Shown here piece after piece: positions 30,042 to 43,205 of a stretch of 64,000 bases of DNA (its first letter is position 1; every line of letters begins with the position of its first letter). The position numbers and the translations under genes are program-made. The DNA is from Eledone cirrhosa (Eukaryota). The stretch lies in assembly GCA_964016885.1 (NCBI GenBank), contig CAXHJY010000996.1, forward strand, positions 1 through 64,000, given 5' to 3'. Below the pieces are notes generated by a model, which was given only the letters and a program-made list of their open reading frames with translations, was not told where the DNA came from and did not search any database.

Positions 30042-30485
30042 TTTCTTGGTGAGGAGGGTGACTTTGGACATCCTGCAGGACTAAAAACAAAACTTGTCAA
30101 AGGGCATAGGAGCTCTTAAGAGTCAATGGCCATCCCAAATCACCGGGAGAGATGATGACCCCTTTAGCCTTTGTCAAGGCAGAATTCTAGGAGAAGGAAA
30201 ACTCTGATATAACACCTGCAATCCTGCTGGTATCCAATGATGTTGACTTGTTCTTTTTGGTAAATATCATCTTGGTTAAGAGAGTGGGACTGGCTTTGTG
30301 CAGTGCCTTTGCTCACTATAAAAGCTTCACGGCACAGGCATTGCTTTGTATCTGGAGATCTCTCTGCACTTGTCGTCACATGGTACCATGGGTCCAGCAC
30401 TATGTGTCAGTAATTGTCACAAATGTAGTGTTTGTACCAGAGTTTTCAAGTCACTGGCTGGACTAAAATGTCACAACGAATACAT
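30042..30485 (+). mobile_element. RTE-clade-derived non-autonomous element (5' UTR joined to 3' end)
   Basis: CTAGGAGAAGGAAAACTCTGA at 30187 (RTE 5' UTR motif), then CSVCTRVFKSLAGLKCH (RTE-type C-terminal zinc finger) about 230 bp later; homologous to 31750-32080. Confidence 0.6.
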
Positions 30486-30636
30486 AAAGCATTCTATCCG
30501 ACGTTCTAACAACTCTACCGCCTTGGGAGATTCAACGTAGTCGAAATAGCAGCCAAATCCCTCACAGACCCACTGCTTCACTGTTTTTTAGAAACATGAT
30601 AAAGTTATTTACTGAATATATAGATGGCATCATCAT

Positions 30637-30695
30637 GCTCTCTCTCTCTCTTTCTCTTTTTCTTTCTTCCTTTTCTTTCTTTTTTCTGTCTTTTT

Positions 30696-30734
<39 letters not shown>

Positions 30735-30810
30735 CTCTTTCTCTCTCTCTCCCTCTCTTTCTCTTTTTCTTTCTTTCATTCTTTCTTTTTTCTCTCTTTT
30801 TTCTTTCATT

Positions 30811-30869
<59 letters not shown>

Positions 30870-30915
30870 CCCCCCCCCCATTCTCTCTCTCTCACACACA
30901 CACATATATATATAT
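30637..30915. repeat. (CTTT)n/(CT)n polypyrimidine microsatellite
   Basis: Direct inspection. Confidence 0.95.
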
Positions 30916-31659
30916 AATATACTATAATAGAATGTGTGACTACTCCAATACACGGACTCAACTTTCAAGTCTATCTATTTTAAACCAATCAGAAACATCT
31001 TGGAATTTTACGTTCATTCTTGATTTGTAGAATTTACTTCAATCTAAAAGTGTGATTCGGGCTGATAAATTGCCGCCCGAACTATTGAGAAGACAATAAT
31101 TGTTCACGTTATTATTTCACCATTCTTAAAAAAACTTTCTTTGTTGCAAATTTATAACATTTTATGAATAAAATTTAATGAGGCTCGTTCGAGATAATAA
31201 AATGTAACCCAATGAAATAAATAATCTGTTTGATCAAAAGGAGCCGAGAATAAAAAATTTTGAAAAGCCCGAGTTTAAATTTTGTAAAAATTCAAGAGCT
31301 AGAGTCGCCACAAATATGTATTTGTCTATTTGTATGTATGTTCTTCTGGTTTTATAATTTCATGAATTTTTACCAATCGAAAGAGAGTCGGTTTCTAACA
31401 TAGACACAAGACTCTCTCATTGGAATTTACACAACATCAACTAGGTAGATTATGTATGCATGCATGCATATGTAGATATGGATGTTATTGTATGTGTGGA
31501 TGTGGATGTTTTGAGTTGTATGTGTGCATGTGTATATGCTTTGTATCTGTACATGTGTACCTGCAGTTATTCGATGCAGAATTTTTGGAATGTTTTACAT
31601 TACTGTTCCATTAATGGAATGTATGTACGTACGTACGTACGTTTGTATAAATATGTCAG

Positions 31660-32208
31660 GTCGCTCTTCAGCACTACTGGTAACATGTAACCCAGTACAA
31701 CCTGTGCATGGTCGGTGCGTCGGCGACTAAATCAACAACCCCACCAAGCTTGCTTGATGGAAAGGGTGAATTTGGACACCCCGCGGGATGAAAAATAAAA
31801 CCTGTCAAAGGGCGGAGGAACTCAGGAAAGTCAATGGCCGTCCAATAAAGTATTCTTTTAATTTTTTTTGTGTGGAGCGAGAGACCCCTAGTCTTCATTA
31901 AGACATCTCTCTAGGAGAAGGTCACTCTAAAACAAAACCTGCGAATTTGTTTGCATCCTACGATGTAGACGAGTTCTTCTTTTGGGGCAAATGCATTCGA
32001 TGTTCAGAGAGTGGGACTAGACCCGTGCAAAGCCTTTCCTCACTTAAAAAGGCTTCAAGCTCAGGCATCGCTTGATATGTAACATTTTTTGCGATGAATG
32101 GTATTGCTGGCCATAGGCAAGTCCCTAGAAGTACTAAAAGGCCACGCCCGTGATGCTCATGCTTCAGTATCCAGCGATGGCATCACTCCAAATGGAATTG
32201 CAGCCATC
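31660..32208 (+). mobile_element. RTE-clade-derived non-autonomous element, second copy
   Basis: Collinear with 30042-30350 (TTTGGACA, TGTCAAAGGGC, AGTCAATGGCC, CTAGGAGAAGG at 31911, AGAGAGTGGGACT); ends in a (TATG)n tail. Confidence 0.6.
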
Positions 32209-32242
32209 ATGTATATATATATATACATATATATATATATAC

Positions 32243-32273
<31 letters not shown>

Positions 32274-32399
32274 TGTATGTATGTATGTATGTATGTATGT
32301 ATGTATGTATGTATGTATGTATGTATGTATGCATATCTGTATGTATAAAGATAGAAAAATTAACAAAGAGAAGACAACGAACGAAAACAAGGCAAAACG

Positions 32400-32553
32400 A
32401 GTTCTGAGTTCAAATCCCATTGAGGTTAGCTTTGCCTTTCATCCTTACGAAGTCGATAAAATAAAGCACCAGTAATGCACTGGGGTCGATTTAATCGACT
32501 TTCACTTCCCCTAAAATTGCTGGGTTTGTGCCTAAATCAGAAACCATTATTAT
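32400..32553 (+). mobile_element. Meta-domain SINE, 5'-truncated
   Basis: B box GAGTTCAAATCC followed by TTTGCCTTTCATCCTTACGAAGTCGATAAAATAAAGCACC (MetaSINE-like central domain). Confidence 0.8.
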
Positions 32554-32790
32554 CGATTACAAACATGGTCGCTACGCTCTTCTGAGCTGTCGTAAGGTTT
32601 TGTAAAATATGTAATTTTCCCCGTTTTTATGGCGATTGTTGAATTATTTACAGTTAATACTAACGTAAAGAAACCAACCGGTGAAATGTGGATTTCATTT
32701 CCGTAATGACACCCAGGGGGATATTGCTTACTCCAAAGGTTTCATTTTTAAGGATGGACACTCAGCAAATAAATTCTGAAGCAAAAGCAT

Positions 32791-32891
<101 letters not shown>

Positions 32892-33189
32892 TCAACGTTG
32901 ACTCTCAACTTTATATAATACAATGTAGCGTCCATGGGACAACACCAACAGATAGAAATAAAAATGAAAGTTTCAGCAAGAACAACAACAACATCAGAAG
33001 TGTGGCAACAACAGTATCATCAACAACAATAATGGTTTCTTATATAGGTACAAGCCACCCAGTGCGTAAACAATAAAGATAGCAGTACTGACAACAAGTA
33101 GATCATTAACAATAACAACAACAACAACATCATACTCATCAACAAAAGTCTGGTTTCACCTCACCTAACATATAAATATTTCGCCTTCT

Positions 33190-34127
33190 ACAACACTAAC
33201 AGACAACAAGCATAACAACAACAACACTAACAGACAACAAGCATAATAACAACAACACTAGCAGACAACAGGCATAACAACAACAACAACACTAACATCG
33301 ACCACAGATATAACAACAACAACAACACTAACACCGACCACAGACATAACAACAACAACAACAACACTAACACCGACCACAGACACAACAACAACAACAC
33401 TAACACCGACCACAGACACAACAACAACAACAACACTAACACCGACCACAGACACAGCAACAACAACAACAACACTAACACCTACCACAGACATAACAAC
33501 CAAAACACTAACACCGACCACAGACATAACAACAACAACAACACTAACAACGACCACAGGCACAACAACAACAACAACACTAACACCGACCACAGACACA
33601 ACAACAACAACACTAACACCGACCACAGACATAACAACAACAACAACACTAACAACGACCACAGACATAACAACAACAACAACAACAACACCGACCACAG
33701 ACACAACAACAACAACACTAACACCGACAACAGACACAACAACAACAACACTAACACCGACCACAGACACAACAACAACAACAACAACACTAACACCGAC
33801 CACAGACATAACAACAACAACAACACTAACACCGACCACAGACATAACAACAACAACAACACTAACAACGACCACAGACATAACAACAACAACAACACCG
33901 ACCACAGACACAACAACAACAACAACACTAACACCGACCACGGGCATAACAACAACAACAACACCGACCACAGACACAACAACAACAACAACAACACTAA
34001 CACCGACCACAGACATAACAACAACAACAACAACACCGACCACAGACATAACAACAACAACAACACTAACACCTACCACAGACATAACAACAACAACGCC
34101 GACCACAGACATAACAACAACAACACA
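33190..34127. repeat. Variable-length minisatellite CACAGACA(TA)(ACA)nCTAACACCGAC, about 27-39 bp
   Basis: Tandem units with a variable (ACA)n core; recurs at 35667-35891. Confidence 0.95.
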
Positions 34128-34154
34128 GTAAAAAGGAATTTATGTTTTGCCTCT

Positions 34155-35666
34155 GTGACAAGACATGGAGCTATGTATGTGGTTATGTGACAAGACATGG
34201 GGCCATGTATGTGGTTATGTGAAAAGACATGGAGCTATGTATGTGGTTATGTGACAAGACATGGAGCTATGTATGTGGTTATGTGACAAGACATGGGGCT
34301 ATGTATGTGGTTATGTGACAAGACATGGAGCTATGTATGTGGTTATGTGACAAGACATGGAGCTATGTATGTGGTTATGTGACAAGACATGGGGCTATGT
34401 ATGTGGTTATGTGACAAGACATGGCGCCATAAATGTGATTATATGACAAGACATGGGGCCATGTATGGGGTTATGTGACAAGACATGGAGCTATGTATGT
34501 GGCTATGTGACAAGACATGGTGCTATGTATGTGGTTATGTGACAAGACATGGGGCTATGTATGTGGTTATGTGACAAGACATGGGGCCATGTATGTGATT
34601 ATGTGACAAGACATGGAGCCATGTATGTGGTTATGTGACAAGACTGGGGCCATGGATGTGGTTATGTGACAAGACATGGAGCTATGTATGTGGTGATGTG
34701 TCAAGACATGGGGCTATGTATGTGGTTATGTGACAAGACATGGGGCCATGTATGTGGTTATGTGACAAGACATGGGGCCATGTATGTGGTTATGTGACAA
34801 GACATGGGGCCATGTATGGGGTTATGTGACAAGACATGGAGCCATGTATGTGGTTATGTGACAAGACATGGGGCTATGTATGTGGTTATGTGACAAGACA
34901 TGGCGCCATAAATGTGGTTATATGACAAGACATGGAGCTATGTATGTGGTTATGTGACAAGACATGGGACTATGTATGTGGTTATGTGACAAGACATGCC
35001 GCCATAAATGTGATTATATGACAAGACATGGGGCCATGTATGGGGTTATGTGACAAGACATGGAGCTATGTATGTGGTTATGTGACAAGACATGGGGCTA
35101 TGTATGTGGTTATGTGACAAGACATGGGGCTATGTATGTGGTTATGTGACAAGACATGGGGCCATGTATGTGATTATGTGACAAGACATGGAGCCATGTA
35201 TGTGGTTATGTGACAAGACTGGGGCTATGGATGTGGTTATGTGACAAGACATGGAGCTATGTATGTGGTGATGTGTCAAGACATGGGGCTATGTATGTGG
35301 TTATGTGACAAGACATGGGGCCATGTATGTGGTTATGTGACAAGACATGGGGCCATGTATGTGGTTATGTGACAAGACATGGGGCCATGTATGGGGTTAT
35401 GTGACAAGACATAGAGCCATGTATGTGGTTATGTGACAAGACATGGGGCTATGTATGTGGTTATGTGACAAGACATGGCGCCATAAATGTGGTTATATGA
35501 CAAGACATAGGGCCATGTATGGGGTTATGTGACAAGACATGGAGCTATGTATGTGGTTATGTGACAAGACATGGGGCCATGTATGTGGTTATGTGACAAG
35601 ACATGGGGCTATGTATGTGGTTATGTGACAAGACATGGGGCCATGTATGTGGTTATGTGACAAGAC
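34155..35666. repeat. 32-bp minisatellite GTGACAAGACATGG(A/G)GC(T/C)ATGTATGTGGTTAT, about 47 units
   Basis: Unit starts at 34155, 34187 and onward (period 32). Confidence 0.97.
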
Positions 35667-35964
35667 AACAACACCGACCACAGACATAACAACAACAACA
35701 ACACCGACCACATACATAACAATAACAACGCTAACACTGACCACAAACATAACAACAACAACACTAACACCTACCACAGACATAACAACAACAACACCGA
35801 CCACAGACATAACAACAACAACACCGACCACAGACATAACAACAACAACACCGACCACAGACATAACAACAACAACAACAACAACAACACAGTAAAAAAG
35901 AATTTATGTTTTGCCTCTGTGACAAGACATGGAGCTATGTATGTGGTTATGTGAAAAGACATGG

Positions 35965-36260
35965 ATGGGCTACTGTACAAAGTTGACAAGTAGTTACCCA
36001 TTCTGGCCAAGAAACTCTCATTCTCAAAGGGCTTTGAAAGAGAAGGTGACTGTGAATTGGTGGGCAACAGCAGACGTCATCCACCCTCTAAACAACAACA
36101 TTCATAACATTTGACCAATGCACACCAATTAGGTGGAGAAATATTCTTTAGGATTATTGCCAGAAGAGCTATACTACTTCGATGATGTATTGCAGAGGGC
36201 CGGAATCCTAGGTATATCAAGATGCATAAAACATACGATTGTGATCTGGGACCCTTCAGA
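35965..36260 (+). pseudogene. Degenerate non-LTR reverse transcriptase fragment (HERO-like), N-terminal RT part
   Basis: Hand translation: GEIFFRIIARR at 36135 and QRAGILGISRCIKH at 36193 resemble EGKIFF..ARR and QKAGIPGFSGCLEH of HERO-type RTs; frameshifted. Confidence 0.65.
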
Positions 36261-36366
36261 GACAGACAAAAAAAAAAAATAATAATAATAATCTATATAT
36301 ATAACTCACATACTCACACACACACACGCGCATATATATATATATATATATGCATACATACATATA

Positions 36367-36388
36367 TCTATATATATAAAACTGAGGA

Positions 36389-36436
<48 letters not shown>

Positions 36437-37286
36437 TTTGAATCCCTAAAACTCGAGAACCATACAACCGACTGTTTTCAACCTTTACACATATAATACT
36501 TATGTTTTAGGGAGTGTTCTGAGCAAAAGAATTTCAAATTTTCAATGCCATAGGGACCGCATTAGGCGATTTAGCGATCTCTCTCTATAATTCTTAGTCT
36601 TTCTCTTTTTAGATAGATACATACATATAACGTCGCGCCCTTATAATATCTGTCTGTATGTCTGGCTGTCTGCATTACGTCACTTCCCTAAGGATGTCTG
36701 TGTGTGTGTGTCTGTGAGTTTGAATCCTTAAAACTCGAGAAGTACCCAAACGACTTTTTTCAAACTTTACATGTGTATTACTTATGTTTCAGTGAGTGTT
36801 ATGCACATAACAAAATTCAAGTTTTTGATCCCTAGAGCCCGCATTAGTTGAAAAACTGCGTTTTTTCAGGTTTTTAGTGTTTTTTGAGTCATTACGTCAA
36901 ACTGATTTCTTTGAAATTGTAACTATGTATTAGTCAGTCTCTTCACACCGTGAGCAAAGAAAATCCAACTTTTTTATGACCTAGGTGAAAAACTTCATTT
37001 TTTCAGCTTTTTAGAACTTTTTTGAGGCCGATTTTCCCGAAATTTCAAGGCATATTATGCACATAAAAAAAAATTCATTTTCTTGATCCCCTAGGGCCCG
37101 CATTAGGTGAAAACCTGCATTTTTCCTGCTTCATCGAGGAAAATCTTAAAGATTATCCAGCCATCAGAGTATCCAGTTTATTTTCTTTACATATTGTCCA
37201 CACGTGCAGTTTTTCCACGATTAGGTCTGTTGGCGGCCCGCGTTCAAAAATACCTTATCCCGTGCAACGCCGGGTACCCCTGCTAG
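36367..37286 (+). mobile_element. Non-autonomous Helitron
   Basis: 5' TCTATATATATAAAA, subterminal hairpin CCCGTGCAACGCCGGG, 3' CTAG, inserted between A and T; internal (TG)n and a duplicated head; second copy at 57205. Confidence 0.85.
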
Positions 37287-37557
37287 TAATAAATAAAATA
37301 AAATAAAATAAAATAAAAATTAAAATAAAATAAAAAAATAGAGAAGAGTGATCTGGCAGTTGTGTGACTTGACCTGAGAAATAGTTTACGGGTCAGCTGC
37401 ACACGAACCTCTTGAGTACTGTCGATTCCGCCTGAGGTAAGTAAATTGATGATAAATTATTTCAAGTCCCATACCATGTTACCAAAAAGTATTATACAAC
37501 GACTTGCCATAAGCTGAAGCTAAGAATTTCAGTTGCGTTCACAATATCAGTCATAAG

Positions 37558-37748
37558 GGCGGTCGATTGGCAGTATCGGTAGAGGGTCGGACGCCATCCT
37601 TTGACGCATAGAGTTACGGCCCTTCTCATTCTGAGTTCAAATCCCGCTGAGGTTAACTTTGCCTTTCATCCTTACGGTGTCGATAAAATAAAGTACCAGT
37701 AATGTAGTGGGTAATTGCTGGTCTTGTGCTCAAAGTAGAAACACTTAT
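37558..37748 (+). mobile_element. Meta-domain SINE, full length
   Basis: A box TGGCAGTATCGG, B box GAGTTCAAATCC, CTTTCATCCTTACGGTGTCGATAAAATAAAGTACC. Confidence 0.85.
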
Positions 37749-37779
37749 CAGCCATATGGGTTGTACTTGAAATAGAAGT

Positions 37780-38010
37780 CAACCTAAAGGGAACAATATT
37801 TCATAGCCGCGAAATGAAAATCTCTACTTTCATAAGAAAGATTTCATGGATGATGTGTCGTTGTTGACAAAAGACAAGAAGTTGGTGGTAGAATAGCTAC
37901 GTAGACTGGATGATTTAATAAGTTGGCCAAGGGTGCAGAGGAATAGCATATTGTGAAATATAAGGTTGCAGGAGAGGCCATGCCAACTTTAGCAGGGAAG
38001 TTAGTGGTGG
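37780..38010 (+). pseudogene. Degenerate RT fragment (HERO-like) with the catalytic FMDD motif
   Basis: KKDFMDDVSLLT...*LRRLDDLISWPR (FMDD at 37843-37854), then YKVAGEAMPT; in-frame stop. Confidence 0.7.
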
Positions 38011-38039
38011 TGGTGATTGTGGTGGTGGGCTGTATTATA

Positions 38040-38258
38040 GGAACGATCGACTTTCGTCAAATCGGACCGAAGAAACAATGTTTCCATTGGTCTTTCCAAT
38101 TGCTAATACTATCTATCGGTCGCAACTCCAGGTAGAAGGAGCAATGTGAAATAAAGTGTCTTGCCCAAAGACGTAACGCATCGCCCGGTCCGGGAATCGA
38201 ACTCACAACCTCACGATTGCGAATCCAGTTCTCTAACCTCTGAATCACACGCCTTCAC
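38040..38258 (-). mobile_element. tRNA-derived CORE-like SINE
   Basis: Reverse complement has B box GAGTTCGATTCC and TTGGGCAAGACACTTTATTTCAC; close paralog at 41378-41597. Confidence 0.85.
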
Positions 38259-38484
38259 ATGAATCACTTAATGATAAACAAAACTTTACACCTTAGTAGG
38301 GCCAAGCTCTGGTACATGCCGTTTGCACTGTACCCCAAACAGCAGTAGCAACCGATGTTGTACGTCGGAAATTAAGCAGAAATGTAACATTTATAATTGA
38401 AAGGGGCTGCGATTGACACGAACCACTGCATGTGAGTCTTTACAAGAACGGTAATCCCATTGAATTATTTTCTCCATCAATCGG

Positions 38485-38858
38485 TGTATAGTTACGTCCC
38501 TTTATGTTCTGAGTTCAAATCCCACCGAGGTTAGCTTTGTCTTTCATCTTTACGGGGTCAATAAAACAAAGTACCAGTAACGAACTGGGTTGATTTAATT
38601 GACTTTCCCTTCCACTAGGGTTGATTTAATTGACCTTGTGTCTCACTCAGAAACCAATATTTCTAGGTCGGTGGATTGGCAATATCGGTAGAGGGTCGGA
38701 CGCCATGCTTTGCAGTAAAGAGTTACGGCCCTTGCCATTCTGAGTTCAAATCCCGCCGAGGTTAACTTTGCCTTTCATCCTTACGGGGTCGATAAAATAA
38801 AGTACCAGTAATGTACTGGGATAATTGGTGGCTTTGTACCAAAAGTAGAGCAATTATT
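38485..38858 (+). mobile_element. Two tandem Meta-domain SINEs (38485-38660 truncated; 38666-38858 full length)
   Basis: Same boxes and central domain as 37558-37748. Confidence 0.85.
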
Positions 38859-38985
38859 TCTCCCACCAACAGACCAAAAGTACAAAAGTCTTCACAAAAA
38901 ATGTAATCAAGGAGAAATTTATTTAATCAATTTTTTTTACTACACACTGTCAGTTTTGACCGGTACTATGGTAGTGTGTATATAT

Positions 38986-39036
<51 letters not shown>

Positions 39037-39586
39037 CACACACATTCATATACACATATACTCATATATATGCGTGCGTGTGTATATATATGTGTGTGTA
39101 TATATATAAATATATATATATATTAGAGAGAGAGAGGGGGGAGGGAGGGAGGCAGATTGTCTAGCCTTTGCTATGAACATCTTTCGTGGTTTGTGTAAAT
39201 GTGCGTGCGTGCGTGCGTGCATGTGTGTGTGTATGGGTGTGGGTGTGAATACGCGCACGCGCGCGGGGTTTCATAGACGGTGAATCTTATTGTCTCCTCT
39301 TTATATGTGACAATGACCATGGAGTGCTTGTTTATATGTATATATGCATCAACCTTGTTCTGTATGTATGCACATATATGTATGTGTATGTGTGTGTGTG
39401 TGTAGGCCGGCAATACGGCTTGACCCCAGTAGCCGGCATCTTGTCGCCGCCAGCCAAGCCTTACTGGTCTTTTCTTCGTCCCCGCCGAACTTATTATCTA
39501 TACACACCCCCACTTTATATACATGACTGACAGCGGGGAAAGGTTCATACTGGAACACGACCACCCATTCATAGATCACTATACTA

Positions 39587-39631
<45 letters not shown>

Positions 39632-39697
39632 CACACATGCACACACTCCCGCACAAACACAGATACACAGCACATGCATACCAGGAAATATCCCCCC

Positions 39698-39733
<36 letters not shown>

Positions 39734-39739
39734 AGAGTC

Positions 39740-39799
<60 letters not shown>

Positions 39800-39837
39800 A
39801 AGAGAGAGAGAGAAAGAGAGAGAGAGAAAGAGAGAGA

Positions 39838-39910
39838 ACAGGACTAGCCCTGTTTCATTCGTAAAAAATCAATATTGATATCTTGCGAATGAAACAGATC
39901 TAGTCCTGTA
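39838..39910. repeat. Hairpin of ribozyme family A (degenerate, core lost)
   Basis: ACAGGACTAG..CTGTTTCATTCG...CGAATGAAACAG..CTAGTCCTGT. Confidence 0.75.
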
Positions 39911-39939
39911 AAAGTCATATACTCTACTAATGCATAGAG

Positions 39940-40234
39940 CAGTGCTTCTCAAACTATTTGATGTGGCGGACCGGCATTTTTTTTTCAATGTGCCACGTAC
40001 TGCTAATATTTCGTAGTAATCGGATACGATATATATAATGAATATAATAATAGTTGACCATTTTTGTTATCTTCTATTTATTTTGTAAACAAATAATACA
40101 ATATCAAAATATATAAAAAAGTAATAAAATTCATCAAATGATTCCTTAGCATGGCCTGGACACTGGCCGCGTACCGGTAGCTGATGGCTCGCGTACCGGC
40201 ACCGGTCCGCGGACCACCACTTTCAGTAGCACTG
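39940..40234. mobile_element. hAT (Charlie-like) MITE
   Basis: TIRs CAGTGCTTCTCAAA and TTTCAGTAGCACTG; perfect 8-bp TSD GCATAGAG at 39932-39939 and 40235-40242. Confidence 0.9.
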
Positions 40235-40961
40235 GCATAGAGTACCCTCTTATTTGCACTATAAATATATAATATTATATTACACTCCCAACTGCACTAA
40301 TTTGAAACCCCTGTATAGGGTTTGACTTTTCAATATTCCTTGTTTATGTTTCCTAATATTAGATTTTGAGTATTGAATGTTCGACCTTGTATATATGTAT
40401 ATATGCATGAACCTCGTTATGTATGTATGCACATATATTAGAGACCGGTTGAGTGCTTCGCTTTGGCGCGAATGCCTTTGTTTGAATTCAACTACCAAAA
40501 CCACGTGTTATGGTCTGCGAGAAATTCTTCCTCTTTTCATTAGAGGCGGAGTGAGATATTGCCGTGGACTGCCAGATAGCTTATCCAGTAGTGAAGACTA
40601 GCTCACACTGCACGGAACTATCGTATGATTTGGGAAACTCTGCTGAAGACGTGTAATAGCTCGATTACGTAAATATCCGCTGATTTTGCGTGATTTTCTG
40701 AACATTGCAGAAGTAATATCTGCAGTTGTAAAGATATATTACACAGAAACGACGTCGTCCAGGAGATGAGATATTTACTTGTATCTCTAACTAAACACGT
40801 CCAATGTATCTGCTATTAACTAAATGTGTGCACTCTGAACAGTTGATTGCAGCCGCATCACTGCAATTCGTCAGATTCATTGAGTTAACTAGACGCTGGC
40901 GACCTGCGTTACTTTTATTATATATATATACATATAGGTAAGTTATATATAGGTAAGTTAT

Positions 40962-41099
40962 TCCGGGTTGAATCGGAGGTAACCACAGTAAGTAAGGTAC
41001 TCAATACATATCAGAGATCAGATTCTACAGGACTAGAACTGTTTCATTCTTTCTGATGATTTCTAAAGAATGAAACAGTTCTAGTCCTGTAGAATCTCA

Positions 41100-41103
<4 letters not shown>
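40962..41103 (-). mobile_element. Family A PLE-like terminus: tail plus hairpin with hammerhead motif
   Basis: Inverted repeat 41020-41097; + strand CTGATGA(41053)...GAAACAG ttctagtc CTGTA; same tail as 62748; abuts (TA)n. Confidence 0.7.
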
Positions 41104-41136
<33 letters not shown>

Positions 41137-41377
41137 AGTATGGACAAGGTGTCGAATTTTCATTAAGTTTATTCAGGTGTGACGCGCGTTTCGCTATTGA
41201 TCAGCTCAAGGTTCGATCCCTATCGTTTGTGCCCGACTCTGTATTCAAAAGTTCATCAGACTCTTGTTTGTTTGTTTGTGTGTAAAAGTTTCATAATTTT
41301 TTATACTTCCATTGTATGCTTTTATATGATGAATACTAACAATCTAGCCTTCTATTTTCATATTGATAATAGATAAA

Positions 41378-41597
41378 GGAACGCTCGACTTTCGTCAAAT
41401 CGGACCGAGGAAACAATGTTTCCATTGGTTTTTCCAATTGCTAATACTATCTATCGGTCGCAACTCGAGGTAGAAGGAACAACGTGAAATAAAGTGTCTT
41501 GCTGAAGGACATAACGCATTCCCGGTCCGGGAATCGAACTCACAACCTCACGATTGCGAATCTAATTCTCTAACCACTCAGCCACACGCCTTCACAT
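41378..41597 (-). mobile_element. tRNA-derived CORE-like SINE
   Basis: Highly similar to 38040-38258. Confidence 0.85.
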
Positions 41598-41951
41598 AAA
41601 TAGATAAATAACATCAAATAAACTTTGTCATAGATATTGTACAGGGTCATAGAGTTTCTACAACTGTGAATTAAAAAAGAAATATTTTGAAAAATTTTCC
41701 CAGCCGAATCATCTAAAGTCTCTAGAACCTGGGGCTATAGACTTAAGATCTATTAAAAAGATATATGCCAACCAGTGGTTCTTTAGCGTTAACACAGTCA
41801 GATGAATGTGAGGTTTGATTTTTCGCACTCACCCCAGTCCGTATTTATCATCTGTCGGAATACTTTAGCCGATTCTATCTACTATTTTTAATAGTGATCG
41901 ACTGTTATTGTGGTCATTTGCGTTAGGACATGCACATTTCACGCGCACACG

Positions 41952-42037
<86 letters not shown>

Positions 42038-42180
42038 AAGACACACACACATATATATACAAAAATCAGGATGGATTCAATTTGATATTGGTTAGATCAT
42101 TACTCATCAGAGCACTCGATACTTGAGCCACCGGGTCCCGACTTTTTATAATATATATATATATAATATATATATATATA

Positions 42181-42376
42181 AGAAAATGTGAGATCCTTGC
42201 TACAGTTAGGCATATTTGAAAAAAAGGAAAAGAATGACTTCACTTGTAGTTCTAAACAATTTGATTTAATTTTATAATATTATAATATTATGACTAGATT
42301 TACCAACTCATAATATTATAATATAAAATTTTATCAAATTGTTTAGAACTACAAGTGAAGTCATTCTTTTCCTTTA
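42181..42376 (-). mobile_element. Family B asymmetric hairpin element beside (TA)n; no ribozyme core visible
   Basis: Arms about 42219-42293 and 42308-42376 (AAGGAAAAGAATGACTTCACTTGTAGTTCTAAAC); unpaired tail 42181-42218; second copy at 51447-51940. Confidence 0.65.
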
Positions 42377-42399
42377 AAAAAAAAAATATATATCCAAGG

Positions 42400-42466
42400 G
42401 CGGTGCCCCAGCATGGCCTCAGCCGGATGGCTGAAACAGGTAAAAGAGTAAAAGAGTAAAAGAGTA
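42400..42466 (+). mobile_element. SINE 3' end with (GTAAAAGA)n tail
   Basis: GGCGGTGCCCCAGCATGGCC...GCTGAAACAG(GTAAAAGA)3; recalled as an octopus SINE terminus, not verified. Confidence 0.55.
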
Positions 42467-42686
42467 TATATATATATATATATATTTGATACAAATGTGT
42501 TCAAGCATTCAACGACATGTGTATCCTTCCAAATACGATTTGCTAGTTCATGACAGAGTTTGCATACAATAATTATAAATGTAAAGACCAGATGTAGATA
42601 TTCATAATACATTTTATTCAAAATATACATATTTCTGTGGTGTACATGATTACATAACGCAATCATCACGTAACCACCAACTGGAA

Positions 42687-42853
42687 TCATCAGACGGCAT
42701 CTTAGATAATAAGGTTCTTATGCAACATTCCTAATTCAATACAGGCTATAGATAAGGGGACGTTTCCTTTTTCGTATCCCGTCCTCTCTATAGCTTGTAT
42801 TATATTAGGAATGCTAAATAACAACCTTATTACTTAAGATGCCGTCTGAAGAA
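42687..42853. repeat. Family C imperfect inverted repeat (arms about 80 bp), each arm ending in CTGA(T/A)GA
   Basis: TCATCAGACGGCATCTTA...TAAGATGCCGTCTGAAGA. Confidence 0.7.
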
Positions 42854-43148
42854 GTCGTGTCGGTGTACATCTCAATGATAAAGTTTGGTACAAACCTTTC
42901 CAGGATCTTCCATATGTATATCACTGCAGGGATTCCGTGTCTTCACATCAGGGATGGGTGACATAATTCTTTTAGACTCTTCTAGTAGCTCATCCCTCTA
43001 TTGAGGGAATCTGGCAACCTTCTTAGTGTAGCGTTCTTGGATTGCTTTATGTTTCGCTGTATATTAGACACTGTGGCGTGGCTATAGTTCACAGCAATAC
43101 TCCAATGCATTTATATCACCACTCATTCATACACACATCTATATGCAT

Positions 43149-43205
<57 letters not shown>

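Noticed and set aside
31330-31440. Possible degenerate hammerhead or PLE end on - strand (CCAATGA..GAAACCG)
   Set aside because: Core and stems too degraded to support a call
33227-35895. Val/Leu-rich membrane-like or Thr-rich mucin-like ORFs
   Set aside because: Translations of the ACA-rich minisatellite; no splice or domain support
40440-40910. Higher-complexity stretch as a possible exon
   Set aside because: No recognisable peptide or convincing splice pair found by eye
42620-42700. Complete hammerhead in family C (- strand)
   Set aside because: CTGATGA and a long stem II are present, but stem I does not pair, so it was not called as a ribozyme
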